Of a DNA stretch of 64,000 nt, positions 9,816 through 20,081 are shown piece by piece. Made by a program: the position numbers and the translations under genes. The stretch is taken from the NCBI GenBank assembly GCA_037447435.1, contig JBBIGR010000010.1, forward strand, positions 51,951 through 115,950, in the 5' to 3' direction. Position 1 is the stretch's first letter. Each line of letters starts with the position of its first letter. Below the pieces are notes generated by a model. It saw only the letters and a list, made by a program, of their open reading frames with translations. It did no database searches and was not told where the DNA came from. The stretch comes from Fibrobacteria bacterium. Its GTDB lineage: Bacteria > Fibrobacterota > Chitinivibrionia > Chitinivibrionales > FEN-1185.

Positions 9816-12083
9816 ATGGCAAAAAACTTGGTAATCGTCGAGTCGCCTGCAAAATGCAAGACGATTTCAAAATATCTTGGCAAAAATTATTCGGTTATGG
9901 CTACGATGGGTCATATCATCGATTTGCCCGGTAAGGAATTCGCCGTAGACCTGGAAAACGATTTCAAACCCAAATATACGGTTGCTAAAGGGAAAAACAG
10001 AATACTCAAATCCTTAAAGGATGAAGCACAGAAATCGGAAATAGTGTATCTCGCGCCCGACCCTGACCGAGAAGGGGAGGCTATCGCCTGGCATGTGGCC
10101 CAGTACATCGCCAAATCGAATACGAATATCAAACGAGTTCTTTTTAACGAAATTACTAAAAAAGCAGTTTTGAGCGCAATTGAAAACCCGCTCGAATTAG
10201 ACATGAATAAGGTGTACGCCCAACAGGCGCGACGAATTCTCGACCGTATCGTCGGATACCAGGTTTCTCCGATTTTGTGGCGCACGGTTTTCCGCGGATT
10301 ATCGGCCGGCCGCGTACAGTCCGTTGCGCTGCGTCTTATTTGCGAACGTGAAGATGAAATTAAAAAGTTTATAAAAGAAGAATATTGGACCATTCATACG
10401 CAGCACAATCACGGCGGCATGGATTTTTGGGCCAAACTGCTGTCTGTCGACGGAAAAAAGACGCCGATACCCAACGCTACTGCGGCTAAAGCGGTCCTGG
10501 ACCGGGTAAAAAACGCGACATTCGACGTCACCGATGTGTTGCGTAACGAGAAATCACGAAAACCCTATGCTCCGTTTATCACCAGCACCTTGCAGCAGGA
10601 AGCTGCTCGGAAATTGAATTTTTCCGCAACGAAGACGATGATCATTGCGCAACAATTGTATGAAGGTCTTGAGCTCGGCGATTTGGGCAGCATGGGACTT
10701 ATTACCTATATGCGTACCGATTCTACGCGTATTGCCGATGAAGCCATCTCAAGTTCCCGCGCGCTCATCGAAGGGATGTTCGGGAAAAAATACTTGCCCG
10801 ATGCGCCGAGGGTGTATGCGAAAAATAAAAATGCCCAGGATGCGCATGAAGCGATACGTCCCTCGCAGGTGTCCATCGATTTTTCGCCCGACAAAGTCAA
10901 AAATTACCTGAGCAAAGACCAGGTGCGGCTTTACGAATTGATATGGAAACGGTTTTTGGCGTCTCAAATGACCAATGCGCTTTACGATTCGACGCGCATC
11001 GACATTTCTGCCAACGGTTGCATTTTCAGGGCAACCGGCTCGATCCAAAAATTCGACGGTTTTCTGGCAATGTACGAGGAAACCGTTGAGGAGCCGGTGG
11101 AAAACGACGAAGACGAAAATGTACGCTTGCCCGAAATTTCCGAAGGAATAACGCTGCCGCTTAAACAGATGCTCGACAAACAGCATTTCACGCAACCGCC
11201 GCCGCGCTATTCCGAAGCAACGCTTGTTCGTGAGCTCGAAGACAAAGGCATCGGCCGTCCAAGTACCTATGCTCAAATCATCGACACGCTCAAACGACGC
11301 AAATATGTCACGGTCGACAATAAAAAATTCACTCCCACCGAAGTGGGCTTCATGGTGAAAGACATACTGGTCAAACAATTCTCCAATGTTTTCGATGTCG
11401 GGTTTACCGCGAGCATGGAAGATTCCCTTGACAAAGTCGAGCTTGGCGAAGCTGAATGGGTTACGGTCTTACGGGAGTTTTACACCCCCTTTGCCGAAAT
11501 GCTTGCCGGCGTTAAAAACAATATCAAAGACCTTAAGGCGGCAAATCAGCAAATTACCGACCGCATGTGTCCCGAATGCAACAAGTTTCCGCTTGTTGTC
11601 AAGTGGAGCAAAAACGGGAAGTTCCTTGCTTGTCAAGGTTTTCCCGGCTGCCGTTATACCGAGCCGCTGGAAAAAGTGGCACCGGTGACCTCTACCGAAA
11701 TGTGCGATAAATGCGGCGCGCCGATGGTCGTATTATCCATCAATGGTAACCGGTTCTTAGGGTGTTCGCGATATCCCGATTGCAAAAACACCAAATCCAT
11801 TTCCACGGGCGTTTCTTGCCCCCGGGAAGGGTGTACGGGGCAGCTTATCGAACGGAAGACAAAGCGGGGCAGAATGTTTTACGGTTGTAATTCATACCCG
11901 AAATGCACGTATGCGACATGGGACAGACCGGTTGCGCAAAAATGCGAAAAATGCGGGTTCCCCATTTTGGTCTATAAGGAGACAAAAAAACGCGGCACAT
12001 ACCATAAGTGTCCAAATTGTAAAGAAGAATATCAGATCGAAGCGGCAAAGGAGCAAACCGAAGTTCCCGCGCAAGAGTCCTGA
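9816..12083 (+). CDS. topA: DNA topoisomerase I (type IA) with C-terminal Zn ribbons
   Basis: LVIVESPAK, DPDREGEAI, SAGRVQS, ITYMRTDS, GIGRPSTYA and repeated C4 motifs. Confidence 0.98.
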   Translation: MAKNLVIVESPAKCKTISKYLGKNYSVMATMGHIIDLPGKEFAVDLENDFKPKYTVAKGKNRILKSLKDEAQKSEIVYLAPDPDREGEAIAWHVAQYIAKSNTNIKRVLFNEITKKAVLSAIENPLELDMNKVYAQQARRILDRIVGYQVSPILWRTVFRGLSAGRVQSVALRLICEREDEIKKFIKEEYWTIHTQHNHGGMDFWAKLLSVDGKKTPIPNATAAKAVLDRVKNATFDVTDVLRNEKSRKPYAPFITSTLQQEAARKLNFSATKTMIIAQQLYEGLELGDLGSMGLITYMRTDSTRIADEAISSSRALIEGMFGKKYLPDAPRVYAKNKNAQDAHEAIRPSQVSIDFSPDKVKNYLSKDQVRLYELIWKRFLASQMTNALYDSTRIDISANGCIFRATGSIQKFDGFLAMYEETVEEPVENDEDENVRLPEISEGITLPLKQMLDKQHFTQPPPRYSEATLVRELEDKGIGRPSTYAQIIDTLKRRKYVTVDNKKFTPTEVGFMVKDILVKQFSNVFDVGFTASMEDSLDKVELGEAEWVTVLREFYTPFAEMLAGVKNNIKDLKAANQQITDRMCPECNKFPLVVKWSKNGKFLACQGFPGCRYTEPLEKVAPVTSTEMCDKCGAPMVVLSINGNRFLGCSRYPDCKNTKSISTGVSCPREGCTGQLIERKTKRGRMFYGCNSYPKCTYATWDRPVAQKCEKCGFPILVYKETKKRGTYHKCPNCKEEYQIEAAKEQTEVPAQES

Positions 12084-12167
12084 TATTCTTTGTTGCTTTA
12101 AACAAAATCTTAAAGGCCTTGTACGGAAACCCGTGCAGGGCCTTCGTAACGTTTACGAAAGATTATA

Positions 12168-13487
12168 ATGAATAAACCGTCGATAGGGGTCATCGGAGCA
12201 GGGCTTGCGGGATGCGAGGCCGCTTTGGTTTTGGCGCAACGGGGAATGAATGTCGTCCTGTACGAGATGCGACCGGTAAAAACGACGCCGGCGCATAAGA
12301 CGGCACTTCCGGCCGAATTGGTTTGCTCAAACTCGCTTAAATCGCAGGAATTGCCGGCTGCCCAGGCGCTGCTTAAGGCCGAGCTGGATTTGTGGGGAAG
12401 TCCTCTTTTGCAATGCGCGCGTTCGGCGAATGTCCGGGCAGGAAGTGCTTTGGCCGTCGATAGAAACGCTTTTTCCTGCGCGGTGAAAAAACGAATGGAT
12501 TCGACGGACGGTATAACCTGCGTTACCGGCGAAATCGCCGATATTCCTCAAGGTCATGATGCGGTAATTCTCGCGACCGGTCCATTGACTTCCGATATAA
12601 TGGTCGATTGGTTGACAAAGAAATTCGATGCCCGATCCTGCTATTTTTATGACGCTATCGCACCGATCGTTTCCGCCGATTCAATCGATATGAACACGGC
12701 TTTTTTCGCAAACCGTTGGGTCGAAAATTCGGACGACTATTGCAATTGTCCTTTTACGGAGGCACAGTATCGGGTCTTTCATGACGCCTTGACAAATGCT
12801 ACTGTTACGCCTGCCCGCGATTTCGAACAGGAACGTTTTTTTGAAGCTTGTCTGCCGATTGAAATAATTGCCAAACGCGGATTCGAAGCGATGTCGTTCG
12901 GTCCGCTCAAACCGATAGGACTTTTTAATCCGCATGGAACCCAGAAACACGCTTATGCGGTTTTACAACTGCGTCGTGAGAACGACAGCGGCGACAGTTT
13001 CAGTATGGTGGCGTTTCAGACCCGTCTGACGATTCCGGAACAAAAAAGGGTTTTCAGAATGATTCCCGGCCTGGAAAATGCGGAATTTATCCGATACGGT
13101 TCTTGTCACCGGAACACATTCATCGATGCGCCGACGCTTTTGGAAAACGATTTATCATTTAAATCGATGCCGGATTTGTTTTGTGCGGGACAGCTGTGCG
13201 GAAACGAAGGGTATGTGGAAAGCATTGCAACCGGCCACTATGCCGCGCTCGGCGTCCTTGGAAGGATTACCAAACCGGCCCGACGTCCGCTGCCGTTAAC
13301 GACCGCGATCGGGGCATTGATTAACTATGTTGTGTCAACGGATAAACGACCGTTTGCACCGTCAAGTTTTCATTTCGGTCTTCTGCCGGCGTTGGATGGG
13401 GGAAAAAGAAAAAAAATTCCTAAAAAACAAAAGCATGAAATTTTTTGTAATAGGGCACTTGAAGATATGAAACAATGGCTCATTTGA
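12168..13487 (+). CDS. trmFO: Folate/FAD-dependent tRNA m5U54 methyltransferase
   Basis: GAGLAGCEAA, LVCSNSL, ATGPLTS, DAIAPIV, FFEACLPIE, HRNTFI; sits next to topA. Confidence 0.95.
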   Translation: MNKPSIGVIGAGLAGCEAALVLAQRGMNVVLYEMRPVKTTPAHKTALPAELVCSNSLKSQELPAAQALLKAELDLWGSPLLQCARSANVRAGSALAVDRNAFSCAVKKRMDSTDGITCVTGEIADIPQGHDAVILATGPLTSDIMVDWLTKKFDARSCYFYDAIAPIVSADSIDMNTAFFANRWVENSDDYCNCPFTEAQYRVFHDALTNATVTPARDFEQERFFEACLPIEIIAKRGFEAMSFGPLKPIGLFNPHGTQKHAYAVLQLRRENDSGDSFSMVAFQTRLTIPEQKRVFRMIPGLENAEFIRYGSCHRNTFIDAPTLLENDLSFKSMPDLFCAGQLCGNEGYVESIATGHYAALGVLGRITKPARRPLPLTTAIGALINYVVSTDKRPFAPSSFHFGLLPALDGGKRKKIPKKQKHEIFCNRALEDMKQWLI

Positions 13488-13635
13488 AATTCCCGAATCA
13501 TTTATTTTAGGGTAAACCTCGACGCACGGTTCTGCGTTTTTCGCGTAGATAATTTCTATTTAGACACTAACCCGATACTATATTTTATATTGATTTAATT
13601 CCCCGGTTCGACATTGTTTTTCGAAAGGATTTTGC

Positions 13636-14358
13636 ATGGGTATTCCTGTCGTTGATATGGTTTTACGGTCCGGCTGGGCCGCCCGCACTATTTTAATTCT
13701 TCTTGGAATATTTTCGGTCGTTACATGGGCTGTTATTTTTAATCGTCTATATGCCCTCGGCAATGCAAAAAAAAGGAACAGGATTTTTTTGCAAAAGTAT
13801 GCTGCGTGTACCACCATTTCGGAGCTTGAGAAGATCGATGTCAAACTTCTCTCGAGTCCGATGGGTAGTTTAAGCGGAAAAGGCGTTGCCGAATATCGGC
13901 GAATACTTAAAGATTCGCATTCGCATACGGGTGTGAGGGATTGGTCTTTTTTCCTGCAAAGTCAATTTGCCATCATGCTCGAGCAACTCGATACGGTATA
14001 TTCCGAAATGTCCCGCTCGCTGGATAAAGGGCTTATCGTTTTGGCCATATCGGCAAGCGTTTGCCCGTTTTTGGGGCTTTTGGGAACGGTTTGGGGAATC
14101 ATGAATTCGTTTTTTGAAATCGGTAATCAGGGATCGGCAAGTCTTCCGGTCGTTGCACCGGGTATTGCGGAAGCCCTTATTACTACGCTGGTCGGACTCG
14201 CCGTTGCCATCCCGGCGGTATTGTTCTACAATTATTTCATTCATCGGGTAGACAGAATGGAAAATGAAGTAAACGAATTTAAAAATATTTTGTTTACTCA
14301 TTTGAAACGGGACATTTTGAGCATGCTTTACGGCGATAATTCCAAAAAAACAGCCTAA
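13636..14358 (+). CDS. tolQ: TolQ (MotA/TolQ/ExbB family)
   Basis: PFLGLLGTVWGIMNSF, VVAPGIAEALITTLVGLAVAIPA. Confidence 0.9.
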   Translation: MGIPVVDMVLRSGWAARTILILLGIFSVVTWAVIFNRLYALGNAKKRNRIFLQKYAACTTISELEKIDVKLLSSPMGSLSGKGVAEYRRILKDSHSHTGVRDWSFFLQSQFAIMLEQLDTVYSEMSRSLDKGLIVLAISASVCPFLGLLGTVWGIMNSFFEIGNQGSASLPVVAPGIAEALITTLVGLAVAIPAVLFYNYFIHRVDRMENEVNEFKNILFTHLKRDILSMLYGDNSKKTA

Positions 14359-14374
14359 TGAAAGTGATTGTCGT

Positions 14375-14791
14375 ATGATGAAACCGCGAAGACGGCAGGC
14401 TATTGCAGACCTGAATATCACGAACCTCGTTGATGTTGTTTTCACGCTGCTTATCATTTTCATGATCACGGCGCCCATGATGACGCAAGGCGTCCAGGTC
14501 GATTTGCCGAAAGCTGAAGCGCAGAACGTAGAAGTCAACGACTATATTCAGGTTTCGATCAACGGCAGAAATGAAATATTCATAGACCAGGAACGGATCA
14601 ATTTAGTTGATTTTAAAAAGCGGTTCAGGCAGGTTTTTTCCGGGAGAATAAAAACGCCGGTATTTATCAATGCCGATAAAAAAGTCCCGTACGGCCTGGT
14701 GATCAGGGTTATTGCCGATGTTCAAAATGCCGGAGTCGTAAAACTTGGATTCCTTACCTTACCGGCAAAAGATGAGGCAGGCGGGTCTTAA
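14375..14791 (+). CDS. tolR: TolR (ExbD/TolR family)
   Basis: LNITNLVDVVFTLLIIFMITAPMM, VDLPKA, ADKKVPYG. Confidence 0.9.
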   Translation: MMKPRRRQAIADLNITNLVDVVFTLLIIFMITAPMMTQGVQVDLPKAEAQNVEVNDYIQVSINGRNEIFIDQERINLVDFKKRFRQVFSGRIKTPVFINADKKVPYGLVIRVIADVQNAGVVKLGFLTLPAKDEAGGS

Positions 14792-15489
14792 TGCCATTGT
14801 CCAATGCAGCCGTAGCACCTCGCAATTTTTCTTCCGACAATAAATCCCTGGTTGTCCTTGTCATAGCATCGCTGCTTCTGCATATCGGGATATTTGCCGG
14901 CATTCCTCTTATTTCACGGCTCATGTACCATTCGGAAACCTTTGAACGGCCGCACACGTTTACTCTTGTCAGCATCCCCCAGGTACAGCCCGCTATGGTT
15001 GCCAAACCGGAAATCAAACCTGCGAGTGCCGAAAAACCGAAACCGAAAACAGCGACGACTCCGGTTCCGAAAAAGACAAAAACCAAGACGGTTGCAAAAC
15101 AGGAAGAAAAACCGAAAGAAAATACCGACGACCTGAACGAGTTGCTGAGCGCGATCCCCACGACCAAGGTTTCCGATATGTCTGTTTCGCGCGATTTCAA
15201 ATTTAATTGGTATACGCAGAATATGCAGTCCCGTATCGAGGAAAATTTTAAACCGCCAATGGGTCTTACCGATAAACAGGACGTTGCGGTCAAGGTTTCC
15301 TTTGTTGTGTTCGAAAATGGCGCCATTTCCGATGTATCCGTTTTACAATCCTCCGGAATACCAACGCTCGACAATTGTGCCGTTACGGCGGTAAAGATGT
15401 CTGCGCCGTTCGGAAAGCTGCCGCTTTCATTTGCAGATAAAAAACTGGAACCAACGGTCACATTATTTTATGTTAAAAAACAGGATTAA
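14791..15489 (+). CDS. tolA: TolA/TonB-like energy transducer
   Basis: TM with SLLLH motif, Pro/Lys-rich linker, TonB_C-like C-terminus (SSGIPTLDNCAVTAV...PF); lies between tolR and tolB. Confidence 0.75.
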   Translation: MPLSNAAVAPRNFSSDNKSLVVLVIASLLLHIGIFAGIPLISRLMYHSETFERPHTFTLVSIPQVQPAMVAKPEIKPASAEKPKPKTATTPVPKKTKTKTVAKQEEKPKENTDDLNELLSAIPTTKVSDMSVSRDFKFNWYTQNMQSRIEENFKPPMGLTDKQDVAVKVSFVVFENGAISDVSVLQSSGIPTLDNCAVTAVKMSAPFGKLPLSFADKKLEPTVTLFYVKKQD

Positions 15490-15495
15490 AAAATC

Positions 15496-16731
15496 ATGAA
15501 GTTGTTTTATGCTATAGCGATTTTGGCGGCGGTTATTACGTCCAGCAGCAATGCCGAAAAAATCAATTTGTCCGTTTATGCAAGCAATTTGGACAGTTTG
15601 TCAATTGCGATGGTTCCCTTTACGCAAAAAGGCCCAACTGCTTTAAAAGAGGATGAACCATGGAAAATCCTGGCAAATGATCTGGAATTTTCCGGTCGTT
15701 TTTCAGTCAATAAACTCAGTAAAATCGATTCCGGCGAATTAATCCGGAAAAACATTCCTGTGTATATCGATGGGAGCTATTCGGTCGGTAATGGGGAAGT
15801 CGAATTGGAATATTCGTTGCGGGATGCATCCTCGTCCGAATTGTTTTTCGGAAAAAAATATTCAACCACGCTTAAAGACCTACGGTCGGTTTCACACCGA
15901 TTCGCGGATCAGCTCATCGAGATGCTCTTTAACGGGCACGGGATTTTCGAAAGTAAAATTTTGTTTGTAAAAGATGAAGGGGCAAAGAAAAACATTTGGA
16001 TAATGGATTGGGACGGCGACAGACAGCATGCTCTCACTTCCAACACGACCATTAATATTTTCCCGACATTCATGGATTCCTCTGCTTTTTTATTCACGTC
16101 GTTTTTGCGCGGACATCCCAATATTTATAAAAGTACCATGACGGGGAAAACGACGTATCTTGTGCCGAGCAGGTTTACCGATACGTCTCCGGCATATTGC
16201 GCCGTATTGGGGAAAATCACCTTCGCTTCGTCGCGCGACGGCAATATGGAAATTTATACCTGTGACCAGGACGGTACGAACATTAAAAGATTGACAAATT
16301 CAAAGTCCATCGATGCAGCTCCGTGTTTTTCGCCCAACGGAATGCAAATCGCGTTTACCTCGGATAGGGCCGGTCAACCGCAGATTTATATCATGGACGC
16401 CGACGGGACCAATGTAAAAAAGTTGACGTTCGGGGGTACCTATCAGGATTCGCCTGCATGGTCGCCGAAAGGGGACAAAATTGCCTTCCATATGGCGGTG
16501 AACGGTCAGTTCGAGATTTTTACCTGTTCGCTCGACGGATCAAATGTTTTCCAGGTCACCAATTGTCCTGGAAATAACGAATATGCCAGCTGGGCTGGGG
16601 ATGGCGAGCATATTGTTTTTTGCTCCGAACGAGGAACGAAACACGATTTATACGGGATAAAATCCGATGGAACGAGATTAAAAAGGCTTACGAATATCGG
16701 CATGGCCAAAATGCCCGATTGGGGAAATTAA
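15496..16731 (+). CDS. tolB: TolB (PD40 beta-propeller)
   Basis: NDLEFSGRF, LRSVSHRFADQL, repeats such as SPNGMQIAFTSDRAGQPQIYIMDADG; ends MPDWG. Confidence 0.9.
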   Translation: MKLFYAIAILAAVITSSSNAEKINLSVYASNLDSLSIAMVPFTQKGPTALKEDEPWKILANDLEFSGRFSVNKLSKIDSGELIRKNIPVYIDGSYSVGNGEVELEYSLRDASSSELFFGKKYSTTLKDLRSVSHRFADQLIEMLFNGHGIFESKILFVKDEGAKKNIWIMDWDGDRQHALTSNTTINIFPTFMDSSAFLFTSFLRGHPNIYKSTMTGKTTYLVPSRFTDTSPAYCAVLGKITFASSRDGNMEIYTCDQDGTNIKRLTNSKSIDAAPCFSPNGMQIAFTSDRAGQPQIYIMDADGTNVKKLTFGGTYQDSPAWSPKGDKIAFHMAVNGQFEIFTCSLDGSNVFQVTNCPGNNEYASWAGDGEHIVFCSERGTKHDLYGIKSDGTRLKRLTNIGMAKMPDWGN

Positions 16732-16759
16732 TTTTTTATTCATTTGAAAAGGATGTCCA

Positions 16760-17503
16760 ATGAAAAAAATAATGTTGGCGGGAACGGTTATCGCGTCCGT
16801 CGCTGCCTTTACGGGATGTTCGAATATTACAATGCTTCGCATCGCTGAACTTAAGCAGGTTGAGGCGCACGTCGATTCCCTGAAAGCGGATCTTGCGGCA
16901 AAACAGGATACAATCCAGCAAGAACAGAAAAACCAGAATGAGTTGTTTCGGTTGATTCGGGCCGATATGCAGGTTCGCTTCGAAGAGCTTTCACAAAAAT
17001 TTTCAACGTTGGAAAGCAGTATTTCTGAAAGTAAATTCAAATTATCCCAGATCGAAAAGAAAACGACGGATATTCAGGAACAATGGAAAGCGAAAGCTTC
17101 TGCGGATTCGACCGATATCGCAAAGAAAAACGGCCAGGTTGAAAAGATATTTCAAATTGCCTATGGCGATTACATGGCGGGTCGCTTCGACCTTGCTGCA
17201 AACGGTTTCTTAGACGTTATCAATCAGTTCCCCAATGCGGAGCAAGCCGATGATGCAACCTATTGGATGGCGGAATGTGCGTTCGGAAAAAAAGAGACCG
17301 ACAAAGCGGAAGCTCTTTTTTCCGATTATTTACGGAAATACCGCGAAGGGAAAAAAGTCAGTTCCGCTCTTTACAAACTTGGATTGGTATTCGAAATTAA
17401 AAAGCAAAGTGAAAAACGGAAAATGGTTTGGCAAAAACTGATCAGCGGATATCCCGACTCGCCTGAGGCTACCATGGCGAAAGAGCGATTAAGCAAGTTC
17501 TAA
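16760..17503 (+). CDS. cpoB: CpoB/YbgF-like coiled-coil + TPR protein with lipobox
   Basis: Coiled coil, then ADDATYWMAEC, ALYKLG, YPDSPEA; follows tolB; FTGC lipobox-like motif. Confidence 0.8.
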   Translation: MKKIMLAGTVIASVAAFTGCSNITMLRIAELKQVEAHVDSLKADLAAKQDTIQQEQKNQNELFRLIRADMQVRFEELSQKFSTLESSISESKFKLSQIEKKTTDIQEQWKAKASADSTDIAKKNGQVEKIFQIAYGDYMAGRFDLAANGFLDVINQFPNAEQADDATYWMAECAFGKKETDKAEALFSDYLRKYREGKKVSSALYKLGLVFEIKKQSEKRKMVWQKLISGYPDSPEATMAKERLSKF

Positions 17504-17517
17504 TTATAATTCAATTG

Positions 17518-17561
17518 AAAAAAAAGAGAGGCGACATTTGTTTTGTCGCCTCTCTTTTTTT
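17518..17561. terminator. Bidirectional intrinsic terminator
   Basis: A-tract-GAGAGGCGACA / TGTCGCCTCTC-T-tract between convergent genes. Confidence 0.9.
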
Positions 17562-17562
17562 A

Positions 17563-19833
17563 TTACTTTTTTTCCATTGTTTTCATTTGTTGCTTCAGTT
17601 TTGAAATTTCGTCATCCAATTGTTTCTGCTTGTCTTGCATTTTCTGCTGCAAATCCGTCTTGTCTGACAAGTTGGATATTTTCTGTACGATCGCCAAAGT
17701 GTATTCTACATCGCTTTTGATGGTTTCGACATTTCTGGCGAAGAATGATTTTCTGTAAAATTCATCGTTAAAAAGATAATATCTGTCTAATTTTGTTTTT
17801 CCGTCAAGCTGCAGAGTATGCAAACTGTCCGATTGATGCAATACGGTCGACGATTGCAATTCCAAAGCGATTTTATTGACGTCAAAAGCGAGAACTTCAT
17901 AGTTCTTTCTGTTGACTCGATATTGCACGGTTTGGTTTTCCAAAGAATCTTTGGATGGGCCGCCCAGGGTCTTGGCTTTTTCAGATGCGGCAGTAAGTAC
18001 GGTTAAGGCCGGTCCGTATTCCTTGAGCATCAAATGCGCATATGCTTCTATCAGGCTTCCTTCGCATTGTAAAGGAGCTTTATTGGTTATTTTTTGAAGC
18101 AATTGACCGTTTGTTATGCAATCGTTCCATTGACGGGCACGAAGTGCGGTCCAGCACATTCCCAAAAGTGCGTCCTCGTAGAAATAACTTTGTTTCGAAA
18201 CCATTCGTAATGCGGTAACGGCTTTGGACAGGGCCAATTGTTCGTAAAACATGAAACCCAAAAACACGTATGACCGGTTAATTATTTCCCGTTGCTCGTT
18301 CGTTTGCACTTTTGCCTCGATGCAATTGCCGAGGGAATTTAATGCGCCTTCCATGTTATAGGTAAGCACATAGGAAATCGCCAGAGAATGTTGCGCAAAC
18401 GGATATTCGGGGTGAGTTTCGGGGATTTGATTGAACAATTCTATTGCTTGTGCATATTGTTTCTGTTTCATTTGCGTTTGAGCCATTATGTAATATGCAT
18501 GGAATTTCAGCGAGTCCGGGACATCGGAACGATTGAGCGCTTCAAATTGGGTAGTGACCGCGGCCGTGTTATCGTCGCGATAGGCGATTCGCATGAGTCC
18601 CAAATCGGCATGCGGTACAGCAGAGCTTCGAGCATAGTCGTTTTTCATTTCCTTGTAGTTTTGAGACGACAATTCCCGCATGTCCATTTTTTCAAGACAT
18701 GCACCCCTGTAATATTGCACCCAGTCATTTTTAAAGAAAGTGGGGAATTGCACCACGATTTGACTGAATAAAAAGAACGCGTCCCAATATTTTCCGGCAA
18801 AATACAGCTTGCAAGCCCTCATATACAAATCGTTTGGCGCCATGTCCAAAGACCTGACCATACTCTTCGCATACGCTTCTTCACGATGCAACCCGAAATC
18901 CCCGCGTAAATAAATGGAGTTGGAGAAAACGTCGTTGTCGTTGGTCATTTTAGTGAATTGGTAAAGAATCGAAAAATCACGGCCGTTATTGATTTGAGGA
19001 AAGTTCATTCCGCCGGCAAAGCCGAAGTAGTCGGTGCCTATCATGCCGTATAAATTCAAAGCCCGTAAAATCCAGGCGCCTAAACGAAGTCCGTATTTGT
19101 ATTCAATGGCGCTTGGAACATTTTCTTTTATTGCAGCATAAAGATTTTTTATATCAAAATCAACACCAAAATCTATTTGCCGGTCAAAGTAATAGCTCGC
19201 CCAGGAGGCTTTTATGTTATTCGAAAAGTTCTTGTTGCTTACATCCGAAAAGCTCGAAAGGTTTTGGACCGTTATGCCAAGTAAATGTTCACCTAAAACG
19301 GGGTCTAAAACAAGGCGGTAAGATAATCCTAAATCGCCGGAAAGGTTAATAATCGGTGAACCAAAATTGGAATAATAAGAAGTATTAAGGTTCAAGCCAA
19401 TACTAAGGCCTTTCCAAATATTGTTTGCATATGAGAACATGAAAATGTTTTTACTTCCGCCCAAGGCTTCGGATAAGGAGCCGATGGAGTCGCCGACCCA
19501 TGTTGTTCCGGAAATTGCAGGAGGTATTTCGCCGAAATAGGAAAATCCCCATGATTGAAAAAGGCCGACCGGAATTGTTACTCCGCCCTCAATCAATTTA
19601 AAATCTTCGCTCATTAGACCGCCGCCGATTCGACCGGAAAAATAATTTTCCTCGGTTAAAAACGCGGGGTTAACGCTTGGAGAATGGCGTGAAAACAAAT
19701 CTCGCCAACGCGTCGTGACCATGAATTCGTCCGGCAGGGCTGTGGCGATAACATTAAGACTTGCGCATCCGATAACAAGAGAACAGAGAGCAATTTTTTT
19801 TAAGCAACTGATCGAATCCTGATGCATCCTCAT
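17563..19833 (-). CDS. Exported protein: PorV/PorQ-like beta-barrel region fused to TPR array and C-terminal coiled coil
   Basis: Signal peptide; SVNPAFL; amphipathic strands (LSIGLNL, DLGLSY); then TPRs (YYRGACLEKM, YIMAQTQMKQKQYAQA). Confidence 0.6.
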   Translation of the reverse strand: MRMHQDSISCLKKIALCSLVIGCASLNVIATALPDEFMVTTRWRDLFSRHSPSVNPAFLTEENYFSGRIGGGLMSEDFKLIEGGVTIPVGLFQSWGFSYFGEIPPAISGTTWVGDSIGSLSEALGGSKNIFMFSYANNIWKGLSIGLNLNTSYYSNFGSPIINLSGDLGLSYRLVLDPVLGEHLLGITVQNLSSFSDVSNKNFSNNIKASWASYYFDRQIDFGVDFDIKNLYAAIKENVPSAIEYKYGLRLGAWILRALNLYGMIGTDYFGFAGGMNFPQINNGRDFSILYQFTKMTNDNDVFSNSIYLRGDFGLHREEAYAKSMVRSLDMAPNDLYMRACKLYFAGKYWDAFFLFSQIVVQFPTFFKNDWVQYYRGACLEKMDMRELSSQNYKEMKNDYARSSAVPHADLGLMRIAYRDDNTAAVTTQFEALNRSDVPDSLKFHAYYIMAQTQMKQKQYAQAIELFNQIPETHPEYPFAQHSLAISYVLTYNMEGALNSLGNCIEAKVQTNEQREIINRSYVFLGFMFYEQLALSKAVTALRMVSKQSYFYEDALLGMCWTALRARQWNDCITNGQLLQKITNKAPLQCEGSLIEAYAHLMLKEYGPALTVLTAASEKAKTLGGPSKDSLENQTVQYRVNRKNYEVLAFDVNKIALELQSSTVLHQSDSLHTLQLDGKTKLDRYYLFNDEFYRKSFFARNVETIKSDVEYTLAIVQKISNLSDKTDLQQKMQDKQKQLDDEISKLKQQMKTMEKK

Positions 19834-20081
19834 GGGGAGTCCTTTAGGATAAGGTGGGGGATAAAAGGATTGTTCCCTAACTTAAACTTTTACTTTATCG
19901 TTTTAATAAAAGGGCAAAAATAGTAAGTATTAATAATTATATGATATACACACAAAATCAGCATCAGTTTATAATATAATAATTTTCCGGCAGATGTTCT
20001 TTTAATTTAATAGTTTCCTAAACATTATTTCAGGTTATATTTTCCTATTCGGATGAAAGAAGCAACCTTAAGAAAGCATTG

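Noticed and set aside
9170..9883. Long antisense ORFs (also 4260-4853, 10749-11378, 13870-14538, 14754-15461, 30255-30935, 49163-49807)
   Set aside because: They lie opposite well-supported genes and show no recognisable motifs; treated as shadow ORFs.
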